Of a DNA stretch of 64,000 nucleotides, positions 57,759 to 64,000 are shown piece by piece. The position numbers and the translations under genes were made by a program. Source of the DNA: Polyangiales bacterium (GTDB taxonomy: Bacteria; Myxococcota_A; Polyangia; Polyangiales; Polyangiaceae); NCBI GenBank assembly GCA_038230375.1, contig JBBRNJ010000012.1, forward strand, positions 70,636 to 134,635, read 5' to 3'. Position 1 is the stretch's first letter; each line of letters opens with the position of its first letter. The notes beneath the pieces are model-generated. The model did not search any database, was not told the origin of the DNA, and saw nothing but the letters and a program-made list of their open reading frames with translations.

Positions 57759-58364
57759 CTAGAGCGCGGAGCGCACGAGCCGATCGAGCTCGTCGTCGCT
57801 CGTCATGCCTTGCCGCACGGCGATGAGCTTGCCCGTCTTCGAGATGAGGACCATCGTGGGCAGGTTCTCCACGTCGTAGGCACGCGCCGCGACATTTCCG
57901 CGGTCGTACGCCATCGGGAACGCAAGCCCGTGGCCCTTTGCGTAGGCCGCGGCCATGCCCTCTTCGTCGCTCGTGTTCATGCCGACCACGACCAGGCCGC
58001 GATCCTTGTAGCGCGCGGCGATCCGGTTCACGACGGGCGACTGCGCCTTGCAGGGGCCGCACCACGTTGCCCAGAAGTCGAGCAGCACGGGATGGCCGCG
58101 TTGCTCGGCCAGGTGGAACGACGCCTTGTCGGGTGAGTTCGCGACCAGGTCCGCGGTGAAGTCCGGTGCGTCTCCGCCCATCTTCCCGTGCGGAAGCGCG
58201 CGCGGAACGAAGGCGATCGCAAGCACGAGCGCGACGACGACCACGCCGAGCGAGAGCGGATAGAAGAAGCCATCGCCCTCCTCCTTTGCGACGCTGCCAG
58301 TGGGCTGCGGCGGCTCACTGTCGCTATCACTGTCTCGGTCGTCGTCCTTGGTCACGTCAGCCAC
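57759..58364 (-). CDS. TlpA/ResA-type thiol-disulfide oxidoreductase
   Basis: TM anchor; APDF, LDFWATWCGPCK, LPT. Confidence 0.9.
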   Translation of the reverse strand: MADVTKDDDRDSDSDSEPPQPTGSVAKEEGDGFFYPLSLGVVVVALVLAIAFVPRALPHGKMGGDAPDFTADLVANSPDKASFHLAEQRGHPVLLDFWATWCGPCKAQSPVVNRIAARYKDRGLVVVGMNTSDEEGMAAAYAKGHGLAFPMAYDRGNVAARAYDVENLPTMVLISKTGKLIAVRQGMTSDDELDRLVRSAL

Positions 58365-58371
58365 ATCCAGT

Positions 58372-60081
58372 TCATAGCACCCGTCCCGAGCCGTTGCTCG
58401 TGGACACGCCCTGCTCGATGGCGCGCTCGCGCACCTCCTTGCGTGCCGCTGCGGCCTCGAGCGCCTCCGGACCGGGCAGATGCAGCACGAACTGCGCGCC
58501 TCCCAGTGCGTTGCTCTTGCCCACTTCGATCTCGCCGCCGTGCTCCACGACGATCTTCTTCACGATGGCCAGACCAAGGCCCGTCCCATCCGTCTTGGTG
58601 GTGAAATACGGGTCGAACACGCGCGCGCGCTGCTCCTCGTCGATGCCGGGACCGTCGTCTTCGACCGTGACGTCCACGCCGCCGGGTGTCTTCACCGCGC
58701 TCACCCGGACATGGCCCAGCGCCTCTTCTTCTCCGCGGCCCTTGCTCGCGCGCGCGTCCCGGATCGCCTGCACGGAGTTGCGGACCAGGTTCACGAGGAC
58801 ACGCCGGAGCATCTGGCGGTCGATCGCCGCGGGCATGGAGTCCTTCGGCAACCGCCAGTCGATGTCGACGTTCTGCGTCGCAATCGGCTCCGCATCCGCG
58901 GAGTCCGCACCGAGCGACGGATCCTCCAGGTGCCCGAGCTGATCGCGACAATCGCGCAAGAAATCGCGCAGGCTCGCGAGCTTCAGCTCCGCCGTGGGCA
59001 GCTGCGCGAAGTTGCCGAAGTTCGACACCAGCCTGCGCAGCGTGCCGACCTCCTCCTCCACGATCTCCAGCGTGGTGTCGAGCAGCTGCCGGAACTTTGG
59101 ATCCTCGCCGCCGTACTTCTGGTGGCACTGCTCGACCGCGAGCTGGATCGGCGTGAGCGGATTCTTGATCTCGTGCGCAAGGCGCTGCGCCATTTCCTGC
59201 CAGCTCGCCATGCGCTGCAGATACTCGAGGCGCGCGCGCGACTGGGCGATCTCCGCCATCATGCGGTTGAACGAGCGCGCGACCTCCGTGAGCTCGTCGG
59301 AGCCAGTGACCGGGACGCGCACGGAGAGATCTCCCTGCGCGACCAGGTTGATCGCAAGGCCGAGGCGATTGATGCGCTTCGTGACACCGCGCGCGAGCAC
59401 GATCCCGAGCAGGGTCGTGATGAGCGCCGTCAGCGCGATGAGCACCTTGAACGCGTTGAGGTAGTCCTTGGAGAGCTCGCCGCGCGAGGCCTCGAGCTCG
59501 TGGTACGTCTGCAAGAACTCGCCGCTCTTCTCGAGCTCGTCGAGGCGCTTGCGATCCACGGCGAACTCGGCGATGAGCGTGGCGCCGTCGGGCTCGTCGG
59601 TGAGCGGCATGCGGCGCTCCAGGCTGCGCTCCGTGGCGTCATTGACGGGGCGTCCGCGGTCGCGCCGCGCGAGCACGTTCCTGTCCGCGTCCTCCACGGT
59701 GAGGCTCACGAGGCTCGGAAAGCGCGGAAACAGAGCGTCCAGCTCCACTTCGGCCAGCTCCGGGTTCTTCTTCTTCGCGGCCTCGCGCAGCGTCTCGTCG
59801 GCGGAGATGGCCGCTGTCTGGTGACCCAGGTCGTCCTTCACGGCCTTGACGTAGTCCTTGTAGACCTCCACGCCGCGATCGAGCTCACGCCCGATCTTCG
59901 GATCGAACCACACGGACGACGCCTGCTGGAAGAGCGACGACACGAGCACGAGCGCGACGACGAGCGGAACGATCGCGGTGACCAGCACGACGGCCACGAG
60001 ACGCCACTCCGTGGTGCCGGGAAGGAACGTTCGCAGTGTGCGACGCACGAGGGCGCCGAGAAGTCGCGACTCTCTGCTCAT
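58372..60081 (-). CDS. NtrY-like HAMP sensor histidine kinase
   Basis: Two TMs, HAMP, SWQEMAQRLAHEIKNPLTPIQL, DDGPG, GTGLGLAI. Confidence 0.92.
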   Translation of the reverse strand: MSRESRLLGALVRRTLRTFLPGTTEWRLVAVVLVTAIVPLVVALVLVSSLFQQASSVWFDPKIGRELDRGVEVYKDYVKAVKDDLGHQTAAISADETLREAAKKKNPELAEVELDALFPRFPSLVSLTVEDADRNVLARRDRGRPVNDATERSLERRMPLTDEPDGATLIAEFAVDRKRLDELEKSGEFLQTYHELEASRGELSKDYLNAFKVLIALTALITTLLGIVLARGVTKRINRLGLAINLVAQGDLSVRVPVTGSDELTEVARSFNRMMAEIAQSRARLEYLQRMASWQEMAQRLAHEIKNPLTPIQLAVEQCHQKYGGEDPKFRQLLDTTLEIVEEEVGTLRRLVSNFGNFAQLPTAELKLASLRDFLRDCRDQLGHLEDPSLGADSADAEPIATQNVDIDWRLPKDSMPAAIDRQMLRRVLVNLVRNSVQAIRDARASKGRGEEEALGHVRVSAVKTPGGVDVTVEDDGPGIDEEQRARVFDPYFTTKTDGTGLGLAIVKKIVVEHGGEIEVGKSNALGGAQFVLHLPGPEALEAAAARKEVRERAIEQGVSTSNGSGRVL

Positions 60082-61058
60082 CACAACCCCCAGTAGAGAA
60101 GCTCTTGCCGCACCTGCTTGCCTTCGGCGGAGTAGAGCACCGTGAGCTTGTCGCCGCTCACCTTCACGATCGGCTCCGGGAACTTCTCGCACGGGTAGAA
60201 CGCAGCGCGCTCGAAGCCGGACAGTGTGAGCCAGAAGAGGTGCAGACCTTCGCTCCCCAGGCCAGAGAGGAGCAGCATGCGTCCGCCGCCGAGCAGCGTG
60301 AAATCCAGCCATTTCAGGCCGAGATCCTCGAAGCGCTCCGGGGTGGGGAAGTGCTCGCCCACGTCGCGCATCTCCGGCAGGTGCGCCTTCAAATACTTGT
60401 AGAATACATCATAACGAACCTTGCTCAGACGCGGCAGGCTTCGATCCGGCGGCGCGATCACCGGGAGCTCCTCGGGCTTCGCGCACGGCATCTCCACGTG
60501 CGCGCGGTAGCGATCGGCGAGTGACACCCCCGCGTCGGCGTACGCCTCATCGGCAAGGGACTTCAGGAGCCAGTGGAACACCGGCAGGTCCCCGGTGCCA
60601 GCGCGCGACGTCAGGGTCACCGCGCTCTCCCACAGCGGTCGCCGCACGGCCCACGCTCCGCCGTGCGCGCGAACGACGCACTCACCCACGTACGCGGCGC
60701 CGTGGACCAGCACGTTGAACAGCTCGCTCTCCGGGCTGCCCAGCGGCGCACTGTCTCGCAGCCGGTCCCGCGCGTCCTTCGTGAGCGCGCGGCTCAGGCG
60801 ATGAACGCTGGCGTCCGTGAAGTCGAGCGCGAGCTCCGCGCCGAGCACGCCGTCCGCCATCTTCGAGAACGTCTCCGCCGCGTCGGTGAGGTGCGCGACC
60901 ACGGCGGGGTTCTTCGCGGGATTCGCGTCGCGTGCGCGGGCTGTGGCCAGGTCCGTCCGCGCGTCCTCGGGGTAGAGGGGGAGCACGCTCTCCACGAATA
61001 GTTGCTCGGCGGTCGTGCCCACGACGCTTTCCGTACCACTTCCCGGTGCGTCCAGCAT
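60081..61058 (-). CDS. Hypothetical protein, coupled to the kinase gene
   Basis: 325 aa ORF; stop overlaps the kinase start. Confidence 0.7.
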   Translation of the reverse strand: MLDAPGSGTESVVGTTAEQLFVESVLPLYPEDARTDLATARARDANPAKNPAVVAHLTDAAETFSKMADGVLGAELALDFTDASVHRLSRALTKDARDRLRDSAPLGSPESELFNVLVHGAAYVGECVVRAHGGAWAVRRPLWESAVTLTSRAGTGDLPVFHWLLKSLADEAYADAGVSLADRYRAHVEMPCAKPEELPVIAPPDRSLPRLSKVRYDVFYKYLKAHLPEMRDVGEHFPTPERFEDLGLKWLDFTLLGGGRMLLLSGLGSEGLHLFWLTLSGFERAAFYPCEKFPEPIVKVSGDKLTVLYSAEGKQVRQELLYWGL

Positions 61059-61092
61059 CCCCCGCTTGCGGAACTTGATCTATCCTGGAGCC

Positions 61093-62085
61093 GTGCTCAC
61101 CGTGGATCTCCGCTTCGAAGGGTACTCGACCGAGAGCTGGTCGCGTCTCCTCTCCCTGTTCAAGCCACGTGCGTCGCTGCCGGAGGCGGAGGCCACACGC
61201 CCACGCGGGCTGTGCATCGTCATCCACGACGGCGAGCGCATCCGCAAGCTGTTCCACTCGCAGAGGGGCCGCATCGATCCGAAGGGCATCACGTGGCCCG
61301 TGCCGCTCCCGGACCTTGCGGCCGAGGTGCACGCGAGCTGGGCGATCGCCGCGCGGACCGGCGCGCTGGAGGAGCTGATGGAGCGCTTCGGTGCGCGTCT
61401 TCGTCAGGGCCACGACCTCACCGAGCAGACGCTGCTCCTTGTCACCATCGCGCGCGAGATGATGGCGGAGGGGCTCATCGAGCGCTGGCCCAAGCGATTG
61501 CATGGCGTGCCGCAGCCGCAGGCCTCCATGGTGGACCGCACGCTGGACGCGGTGTGTGCTGACGGCCGCTCCATCCTCCTTGGTGTGTTCGAGAACGGCG
61601 GGCTCTGGACGTCACTGACGATGCGCCGGCGTGGCCGCGGCTTCGACGTGCTCGCAGGCCCCGAGGGTCTGCGTCCAGCCATGGGGTTGCTCTCGGGGGA
61701 CTGGCGGCGTGACTACCGGCACCTCGCGCGCGCGGTCGAGGAGGTGTACGCGCCCGTCGCGTTCGGCGTGTTCGCAGAGGCGAAGCGCTTCCGCGAGCTC
61801 CTCACCGATCCCGAGCCGGGCGTATGGGGCGGTGCGGTTGCGCTGCGCGACATCATCGTGTCACCAACACCGCCAGGGGTGCGACTCGCGCTCGGTCTGG
61901 ATGGCGCGCGCTATGCGTTCGAAGGCATCCGCGCGGTCTCGGGCCGCATCGAGGCGCTGCGCGCGCTCGACCCCGTGTTTGCGGGCGTGCGCCGCCGCAT
62001 CGGAAGCGTGGTCGGCGATCGCGACGTCTCCTCGCTACTGGGCTTCGACCCTATGGCCGTGCTGCGCGCCCTGCTGTCGCGGTGA
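61093..62085 (+). CDS. Hypothetical protein
   Basis: GTG start after GGAG; 330 aa with globular composition. Confidence 0.7.
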   Translation: MLTVDLRFEGYSTESWSRLLSLFKPRASLPEAEATRPRGLCIVIHDGERIRKLFHSQRGRIDPKGITWPVPLPDLAAEVHASWAIAARTGALEELMERFGARLRQGHDLTEQTLLLVTIAREMMAEGLIERWPKRLHGVPQPQASMVDRTLDAVCADGRSILLGVFENGGLWTSLTMRRRGRGFDVLAGPEGLRPAMGLLSGDWRRDYRHLARAVEEVYAPVAFGVFAEAKRFRELLTDPEPGVWGGAVALRDIIVSPTPPGVRLALGLDGARYAFEGIRAVSGRIEALRALDPVFAGVRRRIGSVVGDRDVSSLLGFDPMAVLRALLSR

Positions 62086-62101
62086 GCCGCGCGGCGAATC
62101 G

Positions 62102-62539
62102 TCAGTCCGTCCTGGCGTCAGCGCCCGTCCCAGCATCCGTCCCTGCATCCGTTGAACTGGGGGATGCGGAGCCTCCGTCTTCGAAGCAGACGTCTCCGCG
62201 CGCGGCAGCGGCCAGCGCCATGGTGCATGCGGGATCGGCTGGATTCACGCTGTAGAACGACGGGTACGGCGCGCACTCGGAGCTCACGAAGTAGCCTGCG
62301 CCCCCTTCGCCTGCGTTCAGGAGGCACGCGGCGTCGCACGAGAACACGGCATCGCTGCCCTTCACCACGTCGATGCTTTGTGTTGGGCCGATGCAGTCGC
62401 GCGTCGGCTCATAGGTGCGCCCCGTGTAGATGTGCGAGACCGCGTCCGAGCACGCGAGCGCGACTACGCCCGCGATCAACGTCGCCGCGAGCACACCCGC
62501 AGCGATGCGTCGTCCCCGCGTGGTCGCCACTCGGGTCAT
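62102..62539 (-). CDS. Small Cys-containing lipoprotein
   Basis: ALAC lipobox; DAG repeats; start overlaps the aspS stop. Confidence 0.7.
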   Translation of the reverse strand: MTRVATTRGRRIAAGVLAATLIAGVVALACSDAVSHIYTGRTYEPTRDCIGPTQSIDVVKGSDAVFSCDAACLLNAGEGGAGYFVSSECAPYPSFYSVNPADPACTMALAAAARGDVCFEDGGSASPSSTDAGTDAGTGADARTD

Positions 62540-64000
62540 GCTTTCGGCGGCTCGATCACGCGCACGTGCACCTCTGCGAGCTGCTCCGGGCTTGCGTGGC
62601 TCGGCGCGTCCGTCATGAGGTCCGTGCCCCGCTGCGTCTTGGGGAACGGGATGACGTCGCGAAGGCTCTCGCTGCCCGAGAGCAACATCGCCAGGCGATC
62701 CATTCCGATCGCAATGCCACCGTGCGGAGGCGCACCGAACTTCAGCGCGTCGAGCAGGAAGCCGAACTTCTGGCGTGCGTCCTCGTCCTTGATGCCGAGC
62801 GCGCGGAAGACCTTCGCCTGCACCTCGGGATCGTGGAGGCGGATGGAGCCGCCGCCGATCTCGAAGCCATTGAGCACCAGGTCATAGCGGTAGCAGAGGA
62901 CCTTGCCCGGATCCGTGTCGAGCAGCTCCACGCACTCGTCGTGCGGACGCGTGAAGGCGTGGTGCGCGGCGGCCCACGTCTTCTTGTCCTCGTCGTACTC
63001 GAAGAGCGGCGGGTTCACGACCCAGAGGAAGTTCCACTTGCCGCCGTGGCCGGACTCCGGAATGAGCGTGAGCTTCTTGGCAAGGTGAACGCGCAGGTTC
63101 GCCATCACGGTCTGGACCTGCGACTCCTTGCCGAACTGGAAGAAGAGGAGATCCCCTTCTTGTGCGCCGGTCGCGGCGTTGATCGCGTCGCGGAGCTCTT
63201 TCGTGATGGTCTTGGCGAGCGGCGACTGCGTCCACGCGCCCTCCTTGTCGATCTTCGCGCGCGCCAGGCCCTTCGCGCCCATGCCCTTCACGAAGTCCTC
63301 CAGCTTGTCGAGCTCCGCACGCGAGAGCTTCTGCGCGAGCTCCTGCGGGACGCGCATGGTCTTCACGATCTCCGCAGGCAGATCGCGGCGGTACTTTCCG
63401 CTCGCGAACTTCTCGGCGATGTCCGCGAAGAAAGGGATGCCGCCGCCCTTCTGCTCGATCACGAGGCTCGTGATGTCGGTGTGGGGCATGGCAAAGCGCA
63501 GGTCTGGCTTGTCGTTGCCGTAGTGGCCCATCGACTCCTCGAACGGCATCTGTGGGAAGCGCCCGGTCGGGTAGAGCGTGTTCAGGTCCACGCCAAGGAC
63601 GTCCTTCCAGACCTTGAAAATAAGGCCTTCCATGATGCGGAACACGTCGTCCTGGTTCACGAACGACATCTCGACGTCGATCTGCGTGAACTCGGGCTGG
63701 CGGTCCAGGCGCAGGTCCTCGTCGCGGAAGCATTTCACGATCTGGAAGTAACGATCGAAGCCGGCCACCATGTAGAGCTGCTTGAAGAGCTGCGGGCTCT
63801 CGGCGAGCGCGAAGAACTTTCCTTCGCTCATGCGCGCGGGGACGAGAAAGTTGCGCGCGCCGCCGGGCGTGTACTTCACCATGAACGGCGTTTCGAGCTC
63901 TAAAAAGCCCTGATCGTCGAAGTAGCGGCGCGTCACCTGATGAATGCGATGGCGCACGCGCAGCGTCTTTTGGAGCGGCGCGCGACGGAGATCGAGATAG
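62536..64000 (-). CDS. aspS: Aspartyl-tRNA synthetase (5' end outside the window)
   Basis: TPGGARNFLVP, SPQLFKQL, CFRDEDLRLDRQPEFTQID, AAHHAFTRP, GGGSIR, GAPPHGG, VIPFPKT. Confidence 0.97.
   Translation of the reverse strand, partial: YLDLRRAPLQKTLRVRHRIHQVTRRYFDDQGFLELETPFMVKYTPGGARNFLVPARMSEGKFFALAESPQLFKQLYMVAGFDRYFQIVKCFRDEDLRLDRQPEFTQIDVEMSFVNQDDVFRIMEGLIFKVWKDVLGVDLNTLYPTGRFPQMPFEESMGHYGNDKPDLRFAMPHTDITSLVIEQKGGGIPFFADIAEKFASGKYRRDLPAEIVKTMRVPQELAQKLSRAELDKLEDFVKGMGAKGLARAKIDKEGAWTQSPLAKTITKELRDAINAATGAQEGDLLFFQFGKESQVQTVMANLRVHLAKKLTLIPESGHGGKWNFLWVVNPPLFEYDEDKKTWAAAHHAFTRPHDECVELLDTDPGKVLCYRYDLVLNGFEIGGGSIRLHDPEVQAKVFRALGIKDEDARQKFGFLLDALKFGAPPHGGIAIGMDRLAMLLSGSESLRDVIPFPKTQRGTDLMTDAPSHASPEQLAEVHVRVIEPPKA

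Overview
A 64 kb high-GC, gene-dense chromosomal segment. Gene content points to Myxococcota, probably Polyangiaceae-like (inference): a MYXO-CTERM-type protease, many Cys-rich and DAG/DGG-linker lipoproteins, Hanks Ser/Thr kinases, FHA proteins, sigma54 activators and cdnL. About 60 CDS were called. No rRNA, tRNA, CRISPR array, prophage or intact transposase was seen. Housekeeping genes include tlyA, mqnD-like, cinA, rpe, cdnL, ppx/gppA, ccmE, gshB, ggt and aspS (partial). The most notable locus is an MNIO (DUF692)/DUF2063 RiPP cluster (41164-43214). Its Cys-rich bufferin-like precursor carries a lipobox, is preceded by an ECF-like promoter and is followed by an internal terminator. The cluster lies back-to-back with a TrmB-regulator/unknown/TolC/MdtABC operon. 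Other points of interest: gshB and ggt head-to-head with overlapping start codons beside a SigR/SigH-like ECF/anti-sigma pair; an FHA/degenerate-GGDEF(RxxD)/sigma54 activator; tandem INPQPLPP lipoproteins; a nos-independent NosL/ABC module; a direct repeat flanking a PhaR-like gene; and strand-biased hexamer tracts plus multi-hairpin elements. All calls come from motif recognition by eye; no database searches were run.
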